A stretch of 32,000 nt of DNA from Planctopirus limnophila DSM 3776 (GTDB lineage: Bacteria; Planctomycetota; Planctomycetia; Planctomycetales; Planctomycetaceae): contig NC_014148.1 of assembly GCF_000092105.1 (NCBI RefSeq), forward strand, positions 5,220,001 through 5,252,000, read 5' to 3'. The notes below the pieces were generated by a model, which was not told the DNA's origin, searched no databases, and saw only the letters and a list, made by a program, of their open reading frames with translations. The position numbers were made by a program, and so were the translations under genes. Of the stretch, positions 1 to 9,193 are shown in pieces; the first letter of the stretch is position 1; each line of letters starts with the position of its first letter.

Positions 1-737
1 GAGGCCTGCATCAGATTGTTTAACAGTTCCACAGTTCCCGGCTCCCAGAAGGCCCGTCCCACCGGGATCGACTGAAAACTCTCGACCATTGATTTCAACA
101 TGACGAGATGCCCGCCCAGAGGTTCGAGCACCAGAAAGATGACTGTCCCCAGCCAGAAGAGGAGTTGCCCACTTTGCGAGGCATTCATTTGCAAGTCTGG
201 GTTAAAGACTTCACCCAGTCCGAACCCTCCCTGCTGATCAATGATCTGCCCTGCCATCTGCAGACCAGCCAGCACCATCTGCACACCCAACCCTAAGAAC
301 AACCCGATCACCAGTTCTCCCAGAAGCACGAGCACGAGTTGCCCCAGGTTTTCTGGAGGTGTGGGAAGTGCTGAGTATTCCGCGGCTGTCATGACTCGAT
401 CATCAGGCGTCGAAAGCTCGGCAGATGCCGGTGTGTTTGATGACTCTGCGAGAAATCGCTCAGCGAGTGCCGGGGGAATTTCGTCGCTGGTTAATCGCTG
501 ATCCTGGTTGCCATCTCGCAGCGAAAACCCTTGAGCCGCCTGATGGCCGATGGACGGTGTCACGAGAAGTGCCAGTACAAAAATCAGCAGTACGCGGATA
601 TTCGTGGGCACGGCAGGGGCACCGAAGATCGGGCCAGTCAATGCGAGGCCTGAGAGCCTGACCAGCACCAGCAGAAAGATCTGGAACTGAAAAGTGGCTT
701 CGGTCAGCAGCCATTCTGTCCAGGGCAAGGCCGGCAT
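1..737 (-). CDS. fliR: Flagellar type III export apparatus protein FliR, N-terminal 245 codons. The ORF continues past the left edge of the window.
   Basis: Hand translation of the reverse strand from the ATG at 737 gives MPALPWTEWLLTEATFQFQIFLLVLVRLSGLALTGPIFGAPAVPTNIRVLLIFVLALLV...QLVLVLLGELVIGLFLGLGVQMVLAGLQMAGQIIDQQGGFGLGEVFNP...LFWLGTVIFLVLEPLGGHLVMLKSMVESFQSIP. It stays open to position 1. It is a hydrophobic FliR-like polytopic protein lying directly downstream of fliQ in the canonical fliPQR order. It is absent from the ORF track because no stop codon lies in the window. Confidence 0.8.
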   Translation of the reverse strand, partial: MPALPWTEWLLTEATFQFQIFLLVLVRLSGLALTGPIFGAPAVPTNIRVLLIFVLALLVTPSIGHQAAQGFSLRDGNQDQRLTSDEIPPALAERFLAESSNTPASAELSTPDDRVMTAAEYSALPTPPENLGQLVLVLLGELVIGLFLGLGVQMVLAGLQMAGQIIDQQGGFGLGEVFNPDLQMNASQSGQLLFWLGTVIFLVLEPLGGHLVMLKSMVESFQSIPVGRAFWEPGTVELLNNLMQA

Positions 738-802
738 GGAGCGAAATCTACTTTCGGCAAGGTGCGTTGGAGGTTGTCAGGAAGATTCCAATGGCCTGGT
801 TT

Positions 803-1078
803 TCATTCATTCGCCAGACGTTCTGGAATGCTGGAGTACAAATCGAGGGCATAACTGTCCATGAGGCTCATCGACCAGGGCAGCGTTAATAAGGCCACCA
901 GCAGCATGATCACCAGCTTGGGAACAAAGCTCAGCGTCTGTTCCTGAAGCTGTGTCACAGCCTGTGCCAGACTGATGATCAAGCCGACCAGCATCGCCGA
1001 CATCAGGCTGGGTAAGCAGACCATCAGCGCGACGACGACCGCATTCCGGCAGAGTTCAAGAGCAGTATCAGAAGTCAT
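803..1078 (-). CDS. fliQ: Flagellar export apparatus protein FliQ
   Basis: 91-aa two-TM protein. The motif LAQAVTQLQEQTLSFVPKLV matches the conserved FliQ/SctS core (Q-x-x-T-Q-x-Q-E-Q-T-L-x-F-x-P-K). It sits between fliP and fliR. Confidence 0.9.
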   Translation of the reverse strand: MTSDTALELCRNAVVVALMVCLPSLMSAMLVGLIISLAQAVTQLQEQTLSFVPKLVIMLLVALLTLPWSMSLMDSYALDLYSSIPERLANE

Positions 1079-1141
1079 GGGAGTCAGGCGTTCATACAGG
1101 TTGAAGTAGGGTGGGAATGAACTGGTGATGCAACGTGTGCG

Positions 1142-2161
1142 CTATCCGGAGGGTCTGACACTTTCTAGCAGCATGCCAACCGTCAGGAACCAGCCGTCAA
1201 TCATCACAAACAGCAGCAGCTTGAACGGGAGAGAAATCAGCACAGGGGGGAGCATCATCATCCCCATGCTGATCAGAATGGAGGAAATGACCATGTCGAT
1301 AATCAGAAACGGCAGATAGATCTGGAACGCAATGAGAAAGCTGACTTTCAACTCACTGAGAACATAGGCGGGTAACAATGCCACCAGTGGCACGTCTTCG
1401 TAGGTGGTGGGTTCTTTCCATGTGCTCAGAGCCGGGCTGTCTTGGGGTGGCCGCATGAAGTCGATAAACATCCAGACCGAATCACTGCTCCCCGTGCGGT
1501 CAATCTGTTCGGCCATAAAGCGGCGGATTGGAACTAAAGTGCGATTGAACGCTGTCCACTCATCAATCGCTGCTTCACCCGCACGAGGTGCGGTGTACGG
1601 CCTGATGCCCGCTTCATAAGCTTCCTGCCAGATAGGTGCCATCACGAGAAATGTGAGAAACAGACAGAGCGAAGTAATCACCTGATTGGGAGGCAACTGT
1701 TGTGTTCCCAGTGCCTGCCGCAACAATCCGAGCACAATCACAAAGCGAATGAAGCAGGTTGTCATCATGAGAATGCTGGGTGCCAGAGTGAGCACGGTCA
1801 GCAGGAACATAATTTTGAGTGTGTTCGACAACCCGCTCCGAGAAGTCAGATTCGAGGCGTCCAGTCCGGTTGGTAGGGCTGGTGCAGCCAAGCCTGGAGG
1901 AAATGCGAGCGTGCTGTTTTCACCACTGTTGAAATCGGCAGGTGCGTTACCTTCGGCACCAGTTCTTACGAGTGCCGGGCTCGACAGTTGCACTGGCGCA
2001 ACAGCTGGACGGAGCTCATTTGTCGCAGTGGGTCGGTTGGAACGGATGACGCCAGGTGCATCTTCCTTCAGTACAGCCTGAGCCATGCCTGGAGAAATCA
2101 GCATTCCCAGCCAGCAAGTGCCGAGAGCCACCAGTGACAATGCCAGTTGGTGCAGTTTCAT
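1142..2161 (-). CDS. fliP: Flagellar export apparatus protein FliP with a long N-terminal extension
   Basis: Signal peptide [29 protein letters not shown], then the conserved FliP core ...[52 protein letters not shown]...[31 protein letters not shown]. The start overlaps the fliO stop by 4 nt (ATGA). Confidence 0.92.
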   Translation of the reverse strand: MKLHQLALSLVALGTCWLGMLISPGMAQAVLKEDAPGVIRSNRPTATNELRPAVAPVQLSSPALVRTGAEGNAPADFNSGENSTLAFPPGLAAPALPTGLDASNLTSRSGLSNTLKIMFLLTVLTLAPSILMMTTCFIRFVIVLGLLRQALGTQQLPPNQVITSLCLFLTFLVMAPIWQEAYEAGIRPYTAPRAGEAAIDEWTAFNRTLVPIRRFMAEQIDRTGSSDSVWMFIDFMRPPQDSPALSTWKEPTTYEDVPLVALLPAYVLSELKVSFLIAFQIYLPFLIIDMVISSILISMGMMMLPPVLISLPFKLLLFVMIDGWFLTVGMLLESVRPSG

Positions 2162-2910
2162 GAGCTGACCTTTCGCTCGAAGAACTGCTGGAACGATTTT
2201 GTGACCTGAACTTCTGGTCGATTGGTCTTGCAGGCACCGACGAGGACATCGACTTCAATTGGTTCTGTGATTTCGGCCAGTGTTCGCGCACCATCCGGAC
2301 CCAAGCCCACCACCAGCACTCGCGTCCCGACACGAATCAACTGCAATGACGTTCGCGGGTCGAGTGGACGCCTTCCCAGCACCTGCACGGCAGATTCGGG
2401 CAAGGGCTGCACGGCTCCCGGGATATGCCGCTTTAGCCATGGAAGTGTGGCTCCAGCCGTCGCGAGGACCACCACGAGAACGCCCACTGTCCACCATAAC
2501 GAACTGGATGATACCTGCCGATGCGACTGACCAGTGCCAGTTTTGGCGTTTCCACGCGAGGGCAACGCCTTCCCGGAGAGTGAGAGCCCTGACTCCGCAT
2601 CTGCCGTGGCAACTTGGCCTGACGTTCCAGGTGCTGGCCGGAATGTGGCTGGTTCAACTCCTTCGCCGGGCTTCGGTGGGGGTGAAGCTCGCTGCGGTTC
2701 GCCCAAAGGGACAGCCGCATCAAAGGCCCAGGAGGGGAGATCATGCCGCTGTTCTTGAGCCAGCAAAAGAGAGGGGGTCATCGACAAAAGAGACAATATC
2801 GCCACGAGAATACATCTGCAGGGCAGCACCAGAAGCAGGTGCTGCCACGTCTGAGAGCGATTGAAGGAAAGTGTTGGACGCATGGCGTCTCCCGGGAAAG
2901 GATCAGCCAT
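2158..2910 (-). CDS. fliO: FliO-like flagellar biogenesis protein, enlarged to 250 aa
   Basis: Located between fliN and fliP. It has a single internal TM helix ([24 protein letters not shown]) followed by [43 protein letters not shown], which matches the usual FliO C-terminal pattern. There is an 8-nt overlap with fliN (ATGGCTGA) and a 4-nt overlap with fliP. FliO is poorly conserved, so the call rests on position plus this pattern. Confidence 0.6.
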   Translation of the reverse strand: MADPFPGDAMRPTLSFNRSQTWQHLLLVLPCRCILVAILSLLSMTPSLLLAQEQRHDLPSWAFDAAVPLGEPQRASPPPKPGEGVEPATFRPAPGTSGQVATADAESGLSLSGKALPSRGNAKTGTGQSHRQVSSSSLWWTVGVLVVVLATAGATLPWLKRHIPGAVQPLPESAVQVLGRRPLDPRTSLQLIRVGTRVLVVGLGPDGARTLAEITEPIEVDVLVGACKTNRPEVQVTKSFQQFFERKVSS

Positions 2911-3484
2911 CCTGTGTCAGAATTTCGGCAATACGTACACAGAAGTTATCATTCAGCACGAGGACTTCGCCGCGGGCCAGCAACTTGCCATTCACAAGAA
3001 TATCGACAGGATCGCCTGCGAGTTTATCCAAAGGAACCACAGCGCCTTCTCGCAGTTGCATCACTTCATCGATAAGAAGTTCTGTCCGGCCCAGTTCAAT
3101 GCGGATATCGAGTTCGACATCCTGCAGCGCATCGAGTGGAAAGACGGGTGCTGCAGCACGTGTGGGAAACGGTGTACCAAATTCTTCGAATTCGAAGCGA
3201 GCCGGTGCTTCGCCCGGAGGTAAACCTCGCATATTGCGGGGAGGCAACTCCTCCGAAAGTGCTGCCGCCAGTTGCTGCTCGGCTTGCCTGAGCGATTGTT
3301 CGGCCGATGTGTTTCTTGAGGCTGGTTGATGAGCCTGGCGTGGACTGGCTCCTGCAGGAGAAGCAGCACCGCCGGGTGGGCCAAAGAGACCGGCTGACGC
3401 ACCTCCCGCACCTTCCCCGCGAGCCGCCTGCATCAGGGCTTCAATTTCTTCGGGGCTGAGGAGATCGCTCATATCGTCAGACAC
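2903..3484 (-). CDS. fliN: Flagellar motor switch protein FliN (SpoA domain) with a G/A/P-rich N-terminal region
   Basis: The C-terminal [68 protein letters not shown] is a typical FliN/SpoA surface-presentation-of-antigens domain. It is the first gene of the fliNOPQR run. Confidence 0.87.
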   Translation of the reverse strand: MSDDMSDLLSPEEIEALMQAARGEGAGGASAGLFGPPGGAASPAGASPRQAHQPASRNTSAEQSLRQAEQQLAAALSEELPPRNMRGLPPGEAPARFEFEEFGTPFPTRAAAPVFPLDALQDVELDIRIELGRTELLIDEVMQLREGAVVPLDKLAGDPVDILVNGKLLARGEVLVLNDNFCVRIAEILTQDG

Positions 3485-3581
3485 GGTGTTCGGACATCCT
3501 TTTCGCGAACAAAGGCTGAGTTATCATTCATGGACTGTCGAAGCCCAACTGGACAGGTCAACTGGCCTGAAGTAGGACTTC

Positions 3582-3605
3582 CGGCAGGATCTGCCGATCC
3601 TGCTG
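3582..3605. repeat. Inverted repeat GCAGGATC-TGCC-GATCCTGC, with an overlapping palindrome GGCAG-GAT-CTGCC, in the fliN / DUF4269 divergent intergenic region
   Basis: Read directly. 3584-3591 (gcaggatc) is the reverse complement of 3596-3603 (gatcctgc). One G-T and one C-G pair can extend the stem. Confidence 0.6.
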
Positions 3606-3656
3606 CCATGGTGGTGTAATCGGGATTCCTGAATCGGTCAATAAGAGGTTACAGCC

Positions 3657-4250
3657 GTGAACTTGCGATTCTCTCTCGACGAACCAGAATCATTTGGCCC
3701 ATTACCTCGCCAGCTCGAAGCGGCCCGAACGTTAGCAACGCTCGAGCTCGCTCGGCTTTTCAAAGATTTCACACCCGTTCTGGCAGGGACGATTCCCCTC
3801 GCGATCGATCTCCCGGAAAGTGATCTCGATATTCTCTGCTTTGCACCCGATTTAGGATTCTTTGCAAAACAATGCCAGAGTCTGGCTCCCAGACTGACGG
3901 ACTACCGCGAACGTCAGCTGGTACTTCGCGGCATCCCGTCGTTCGTCGCCAGTGGCCGATTTGAAAACTTTGAACTGGAAATCTTCGCTCAGCCAGTCCC
4001 TGTTCCTGAGCAATGGGGCTATCGCCACCTGCTCATCGAAGCGAGGTTACTAAAACTGGCTGGCGAATCATTGCGTTTACGAATCATCGAGCTCAAACAG
4101 GCAGGTCTGAAAACAGAACCTGCGTTTGCCCATGGCCTGCAATTACCCAGCGATACGTTGCCTGGCGATCCGTTTGCAGCACTCCTGGAACTTGAAGCTC
4201 TCGACGATGAACAGCTCTGTGCGTTGATCGAGCATCGACACTTATTTTGA
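3657..4250 (+). CDS. DUF4269 family protein (nucleotidyltransferase-fold, function unknown)
   Basis: GTG start. LAGTIPLAIDLPESDLDILC, FELEIFAQPVPVPEQWGYRHLLIEARLL and IIELKQAGLKTEPAFAHGLQL...GDPFAALLEL match my recollection of the DUF4269 consensus (GTLPIxIDxxxSDLDI ... FELFxQPxPvxxQxxYRHmxxExxLL ... LKxxGxKTEPAFAxLLgL.GDPY). The 3' end overlaps the convergent gene by 9 nt. Confidence 0.75.
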   Translation: MNLRFSLDEPESFGPLPRQLEAARTLATLELARLFKDFTPVLAGTIPLAIDLPESDLDILCFAPDLGFFAKQCQSLAPRLTDYRERQLVLRGIPSFVASGRFENFELEIFAQPVPVPEQWGYRHLLIEARLLKLAGESLRLRIIELKQAGLKTEPAFAHGLQLPSDTLPGDPFAALLELEALDDEQLCALIEHRHLF

Positions 4251-7200
4251 AGCAGGTTTTACTGCCGAAGGATCCTTGAACTCGGGAGTCGCACTGCGCA
4301 GGTTGTTGCGATACGTCTCCAGTGGTTGCAACAACATACGATCCAGCCCCTGCAGGCGTTTTTCGCAATCGGCATGATCGGCAGCCCCAGCCAGAGCCAG
4401 TTGATCCAGCGTTTCTTTCCCTCGCCGGGCGACGAGCAGGCAGGCATCGATATCCCGCAATGTGAGCCGGATTGACTTGAGTGTCTGGGATGTCCGCAGG
4501 TTCCATCGATTGCGCATCGTGTGCATCAGGCTCAGGATCAGGTCATAGCGTGCTGCGTCATCCACAATCGTCTCGGGATGATCGAGTACCATTTCCAGGG
4601 CCACTTGCACATTTCGCACAGAGCTGTCAAAGCCCGGTGCAAAGTAGACCAGATGGAGTCGATGACGCAGTTCTTCGGCCCGGGCCTCTTTCCCGCTGCG
4701 ATGCAATAACTCGGCTACTTCCTGATGAATGAATGGCGACAGGAGGGGATCGTAGGCCTCTTCAAACTTCAACAGTTCGGGGACTTCAGCCGCAGGATTG
4801 GGCGAACGAATCGCCTCTCCCAGATGTTCGAAGTAATCTTTCCGGCGGGCATAATCGGGGAGCATCCCCCCTTTTAGAGCCTGAGCCGTAGCCAGACGCA
4901 CGGTGGCGACTGGTGGCTTACCCAGGCGTTCCTTGATGACTTTGCGATATTCCCACCACCACGCTTCCGGATGATCGTTGATGAGATGCCTCTGAGCGAC
5001 GATCTCTTCGAGTCGACGAACCAGATCGGGATCTTCACCATCAAACCCCATTCCTTCCATCAGCAGGCTCAGCCTTCGATAGACGACAGGCGGAGGCTCT
5101 TCACCCGAATCGGGATCCACAGGGATTGGTAAAGGGGGATAAACCGGTTCCGTGGAACGCGGAGCACTTAACAGAGCCTGTGTCTGTTGCAGCTTGGCTC
5201 CCCAGCGCATCGTTTCGATGGGTGTCTGCCAGGCCAGATGATTGGAACGGATCGTGTTTGCCTGGGCATGCCGGAGATGAATTTTGGAATCCGTGCCATC
5301 GAGTTCACCCAGAGCCGCATCATCGACGAGGGAAAGTCCAGCCAGCATGGACCAGTCCCAGCCCGCCTGAGCCAGAATTCGCCGCATTTGTGGCGATTTG
5401 ATCCGCGAGAGCAGCCCCTCGCGTACCAATCCTTTGGAAGAATTTGTGGCGATCCAGACAGCCTCTCCGGGGATGCCGGTCTGAACGAGAGTCACTTCGC
5501 GGAAGACCGATCGCAGCGTGCGGGAAACATCCACCAGCACCTGCGGTCCATAATCCACACATTCGAAACGCTGGCAGAAGATGCCATCATCTGTGAGTCG
5601 GTCAGCGCATTGCAGATAATGCTCGCGTGTCAGACTGGCGGAACCACGATCGGTCGATGAGAGCAGCGGAGCCGAAATCACGACGTCGAAGCGATCCTGC
5701 AGGCTCGACACACCCCAGACCGGGTCAACACCGTGAATTTCGAATCGCTCGTCAATCTCTGCACCCAGAGTGCGTAATACGTTGGATTGCACAGCCTGAA
5801 GACCACTGGCATCTCCTTCCAGACATGTCACCTGCAAAACCGGCAGGTCAGATAGCGTGACCAGTGGCAAACCAGACCCTGCTCCCAGAAGCAGGACGTG
5901 CCGGGCTTCGTGATGCAGTGCCAGAGGTAAGGTTGTCAGTATCAGTTCGGGAACAGCCTGTGGAACGACACCTGGATCGCGGCTTACAGGTGGCAGCGGC
6001 AGCCCATTAACACGCGTGACTTCTTCCAGAAATTTGGTACGCCAGCGGACCATCGTCCCATTCTCGGCATGCTCGACCTCGACCAGACGACTGTCATCGA
6101 GCGCTGTGAGCATGTCCGAAGAAAAGCCGGCATGCCAGGCCACTGAAGCCGATGTCGAGAAGAGGGCGCGGGAGTTCCATGCTGATGATTCGCGACTGAC
6201 AGACCAGGGGAGCGTGGCCAACAGGCCTGCACCCACCACGATCGAAAACAGCGAAGCCATGCGTGTCGATAAGGCCAGATGACCCGATTGCATCGCGAAA
6301 GATGAAGGCGACACAGCTTGCGTTTGGTGGCTGCTTGAGGTGACCTCGTCTTCAGCACACCTATTCCCAATCAGTGGCGACATCCAGCCACGCAGCATGC
6401 GAGGATTGAATACCAGAGGCATCACAGAGACAGCCGCCAGGGCCCAACTGCAGACCAGGAGCAAGCTGGCTGGAGTCAACACGAAGCGACCGATCCATTG
6501 AGCTGTCAGCCAGCCAGTGGCAGACAACATGAGGCAGAGCAGCGTCATGGAACCCAAACGCCGTGTGGTGGCACAACCCATGAGCCAGCCGACAGGCCAA
6601 ACCATGATCATCACAAACGACATGCGAATCAACCAGACACCGGGCGACCAGCTCACTGTTGCATTTGTCCACAGGAGCAGTTCTGTCAGTGCTGGCAGTA
6701 ATACCAAATTCAGGGCAATCGCGATCACACCTATCCAGATCATGGCACTGGTCGAGATGTCGATTGATTTGAGATCTTGACCAGCCATCCCGAAATCTGC
6801 CTGATCTGCTATTCGCTTTCGGCGAGAGTTCATCAAAGCCGAAAGTGCCCAGCCACAGATTCCCCCCAGGGCCAACCCGGTCATGACGAACGTGCCGGTG
6901 GGGATGCGGTCGTTCACCAGTCTTTCCATTCCCCAGGCGATACTTCCCGCAAGAATAGCAGCCATCAGTAAGAGGCTGTGATTGATCCAGCTTGTCTCCA
7001 GCAGATTATCTGTGGTTCGGCGGCTGGTATGACGTTGTACATGAGCTGATCCAATAACCTCTGCTTCAAGGCTCATCCAATAACGAATGGCAGGCATGCC
7101 AGTTGCCAGCCCTGCCAATCCCAGCAGAATAGACGGAGACGCGCCATAAGCGAGGAGGGCAGCACTGATGCCCATGCCAAGGCTTATGCCACAAGCTATC

Positions 7201-8051
7201 CACGCCGGGGAGAGCAGAGATTGCCGAGGGAAAGATTTCGATTCCTCACCTGTGACATTGAAATTTACGGAACTGAGTTCTGGAAAGACCATGGACCGAA
7301 GCTGTGCCAGTTCTCGCAATGACCAGACACACAGGGCACTGGTGAGACCCAGTGTGGAGATAGCCACCAGGAACGCCACCGGGATAAAGCCCCATCGTTG
7401 AGACAGAACTTCCACAGAAAACAGACCCGGCAGCATCGCGGGTACGCTGTACCAAAGCGGGCCCAGCCAGAACCAGACGCAGGTGGCCAGGAGGATTGCT
7501 CCCAGAGGTGGCGAGCCTGCGAGCAGGGCTTTCCAGAGAGGTTTTTCTGGGGAAGAGGTTTGCTCCAGAGATGAAGCAGCACGTCGAGGTTGAACACGGG
7601 CCAGACTCCCCAGGCCAGCACCCAGGCAAATTGCCACAAGCGCGCAGGATCGCCAGGGTTCGAGTACGCCCCAGGTGGCAATCGCCGCCTGCAGCATTAA
7701 CAGACCACCGGTGCCTAAGCCCCAGAGTGTGAGGAATTCCCCACGATCGATACGACTCCAGAGGGATCTCAAGAAGTGGATTAAGCTGCCAAAAATCTGC
7801 CTCGACAGGTTTGCGAGCCGATACCTGTCAACCCGTGGATTGGATGAAGAAAAGCCACGACTTTGAGGCTGTATGGGTTTGGCGTCCATGCCTGACCTTT
7901 GGTTGATTTCAATCAATGCCACAAGGCAAAAGGCGCAGCCTTTGCCCGGAAATTTACAATTAGGCCAACGTTCCATGTTGACCTGAGCGGCAGAATCTAC
8001 CGGAATTTGTTCAGGTTGGGAAGATAAACCATCTGCAAGGATACTGAACAA
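4242..8051 (-). CDS. Large polytopic membrane protein fused to a spermidine-synthase-like (class I Rossmann methyltransferase-fold) domain and a roughly 390-aa helical C-terminal domain
   Basis: 1269-aa ORF. Residues about 100-620 contain many hydrophobic helices. Residues about 715-830 read HVLLLGAGSGLPLV...VTCLEGDASGL...RFDVVISAPLLSS...LTDDGIFCQRFE (GxGxG nucleotide-binding motif, acidic residue at the end of beta-2, DVVI beta-4). The C-terminus is soluble and alpha-helical. The true start may be the internal Met at 7976 or 7889 (MDAKPIQ). Confidence 0.8.
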   Translation of the reverse strand: MFSILADGLSSQPEQIPVDSAAQVNMERWPNCKFPGKGCAFCLVALIEINQRSGMDAKPIQPQSRGFSSSNPRVDRYRLANLSRQIFGSLIHFLRSLWSRIDRGEFLTLWGLGTGGLLMLQAAIATWGVLEPWRSCALVAICLGAGLGSLARVQPRRAASSLEQTSSPEKPLWKALLAGSPPLGAILLATCVWFWLGPLWYSVPAMLPGLFSVEVLSQRWGFIPVAFLVAISTLGLTSALCVWSLRELAQLRSMVFPELSSVNFNVTGEESKSFPRQSLLSPAWIACGISLGMGISAALLAYGASPSILLGLAGLATGMPAIRYWMSLEAEVIGSAHVQRHTSRRTTDNLLETSWINHSLLLMAAILAGSIAWGMERLVNDRIPTGTFVMTGLALGGICGWALSALMNSRRKRIADQADFGMAGQDLKSIDISTSAMIWIGVIAIALNLVLLPALTELLLWTNATVSWSPGVWLIRMSFVMIMVWPVGWLMGCATTRRLGSMTLLCLMLSATGWLTAQWIGRFVLTPASLLLVCSWALAAVSVMPLVFNPRMLRGWMSPLIGNRCAEDEVTSSSHQTQAVSPSSFAMQSGHLALSTRMASLFSIVVGAGLLATLPWSVSRESSAWNSRALFSTSASVAWHAGFSSDMLTALDDSRLVEVEHAENGTMVRWRTKFLEEVTRVNGLPLPPVSRDPGVVPQAVPELILTTLPLALHHEARHVLLLGAGSGLPLVTLSDLPVLQVTCLEGDASGLQAVQSNVLRTLGAEIDERFEIHGVDPVWGVSSLQDRFDVVISAPLLSSTDRGSASLTREHYLQCADRLTDDGIFCQRFECVDYGPQVLVDVSRTLRSVFREVTLVQTGIPGEAVWIATNSSKGLVREGLLSRIKSPQMRRILAQAGWDWSMLAGLSLVDDAALGELDGTDSKIHLRHAQANTIRSNHLAWQTPIETMRWGAKLQQTQALLSAPRSTEPVYPPLPIPVDPDSGEEPPPVVYRRLSLLMEGMGFDGEDPDLVRRLEEIVAQRHLINDHPEAWWWEYRKVIKERLGKPPVATVRLATAQALKGGMLPDYARRKDYFEHLGEAIRSPNPAAEVPELLKFEEAYDPLLSPFIHQEVAELLHRSGKEARAEELRHRLHLVYFAPGFDSSVRNVQVALEMVLDHPETIVDDAARYDLILSLMHTMRNRWNLRTSQTLKSIRLTLRDIDACLLVARRGKETLDQLALAGAADHADCEKRLQGLDRMLLQPLETYRNNLRSATPEFKDPSAVKPASK

Positions 8052-8091
8052 AAAGTCAGTTCATCCGATCAGAATAGGGCTGCCCACGAAA

Positions 8092-9168
8092 TTAGCGATG
8101 AGTCACCATGTAGTGAGAGATTCCACCAGTTTCTGAAGTGTCATAACCCGGAAGCTGTGCCATCACCTTGCGGTACGAGGTCGATTGCACTACGCGAATC
8201 AGGCATTGTACTCGATCATCATCAAAGTAAGCCTCCGGAATACAAAGGTCATAAGCTTCCTGCTGCACGGGAAGAAAGTCGAGACCTGCTTCTGCACTCG
8301 CCAGTTTGTGACAGATCCCCGCATTCACAAAACCTGATCGAATCGCTTCGGCGACCGCACGATGGTTATGGACTTCGTGGGCGGGTTTTTTCTTGCCATG
8401 GAACAACTGATCGAAACAGCGGCGGGCTCCCGAACCTTGTTCGCGCCCGACCCATGTCAGACGGCTCTTCTGAATACTTACCAGAGTTTTTAGTTTTGCA
8501 GCAGGTTGAACAGCAACCCCCTCGTCCCAGTTCGCAAGTCTTAACAGGGCGAATCCTTTGTCGAGCGATTCCCGGGCGAGTTGGACATTTCCATCCGGTG
8601 TCTCAGGCGACGAAAAATGCAGGCCTGCCAGATGAGCTTTGCCCTGCGCGACCAGATCGAGAGCAGCCCGACTGGATCGTGGAATGACCAGGAGATGCAT
8701 TCCGGTATCGAGAGCAAATTTTTCTGCAAGCAGGCCTGCTGCGGGATCGCACCCTGCGAGAACAAGTGTCCGGGATGGATCGTGGTTCGTCTCCTGAGTG
8801 CCAATAACCGGCCAGGGTGTGGTGACGGGTCGTGCGGAGGCGGGGTATTGAATCAACTCCCCGCCGACTTCTGCCAGAAAATGAGGTGTTTCGTCTGTCG
8901 ATGTCTGCCAGAAGGAAGGCGGTTGCCAGGCCCAGACGGGTCGTTTTGGCGGCATGTTGATTGGGGAACTGTCAAACAGATCTTCAACGCTGGCCCCCAA
9001 AGTTCGTGATAACGCCAGAGCGGCTGCAACAGATGGAACCAGTTTGGCACCTTCAATCGCAGTCACGGCAGTACGAGAAATTCCCGACTGCTCCGCGAGC
9101 TGCTGTTGTGTCAGTCCTGCCAGAAGCCGGAATTTGCGGACTTGATTCGCCGATATCGGGTATGTCAT
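8092..9168 (-). CDS. Transcriptional regulator: XRE-family helix-turn-helix domain fused to a periplasmic-binding-protein-like (PBP_like, oxyanion/molybdate-binding type) domain
   Basis: MTYPISANQVRKFRLLAGLTQQQLAEQSGISRTAVTAIEGAKLVPSVAAALALSRTLG is a classic HTH_3 motif. The remainder (VLAGCDPAAGLLAEKF...HLLVIPRSSRAALDLVAQGKAHLAGLH...) resembles the PBP-type ligand domain commonly fused to HTH. I prefer the start at 9168 because the HTH begins immediately after it. The longest ORF extends to 9234. Confidence 0.75.
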   Translation of the reverse strand: MTYPISANQVRKFRLLAGLTQQQLAEQSGISRTAVTAIEGAKLVPSVAAALALSRTLGASVEDLFDSSPINMPPKRPVWAWQPPSFWQTSTDETPHFLAEVGGELIQYPASARPVTTPWPVIGTQETNHDPSRTLVLAGCDPAAGLLAEKFALDTGMHLLVIPRSSRAALDLVAQGKAHLAGLHFSSPETPDGNVQLARESLDKGFALLRLANWDEGVAVQPAAKLKTLVSIQKSRLTWVGREQGSGARRCFDQLFHGKKKPAHEVHNHRAVAEAIRSGFVNAGICHKLASAEAGLDFLPVQQEAYDLCIPEAYFDDDRVQCLIRVVQSTSYRKVMAQLPGYDTSETGGISHYMVTHR

Positions 9169-9193
9169 GATCGTGCCATAAGATGTCAGTATA

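Noticed and set aside
2016-3411. Numerous 80-195-aa ORFs on both strands overlapping fliP, fliO and fliN (for example 2280-2864 plus, 2433-2744 minus, 2871-3329 plus, 3061-3411 minus)
   Set aside because: All overlap genes that have clear flagellar homology or positional support. Their translations are R/S/P/A-rich, as expected for off-frame reading of coding DNA.
3485-3656. Sigma-54 (TGGCA-N-GGCA) or sigma-28 (TAAA-N15-GCCGATAA) flagellar promoter upstream of fliN
   Set aside because: The minus-strand TGGCAGCAGGATCGGCAG has the GG and GC dinucleotides one base too far apart for the -24/-12 consensus, and it lacks TTGC. The only GATAA lacks a properly spaced TAAA. I cannot support a promoter call.
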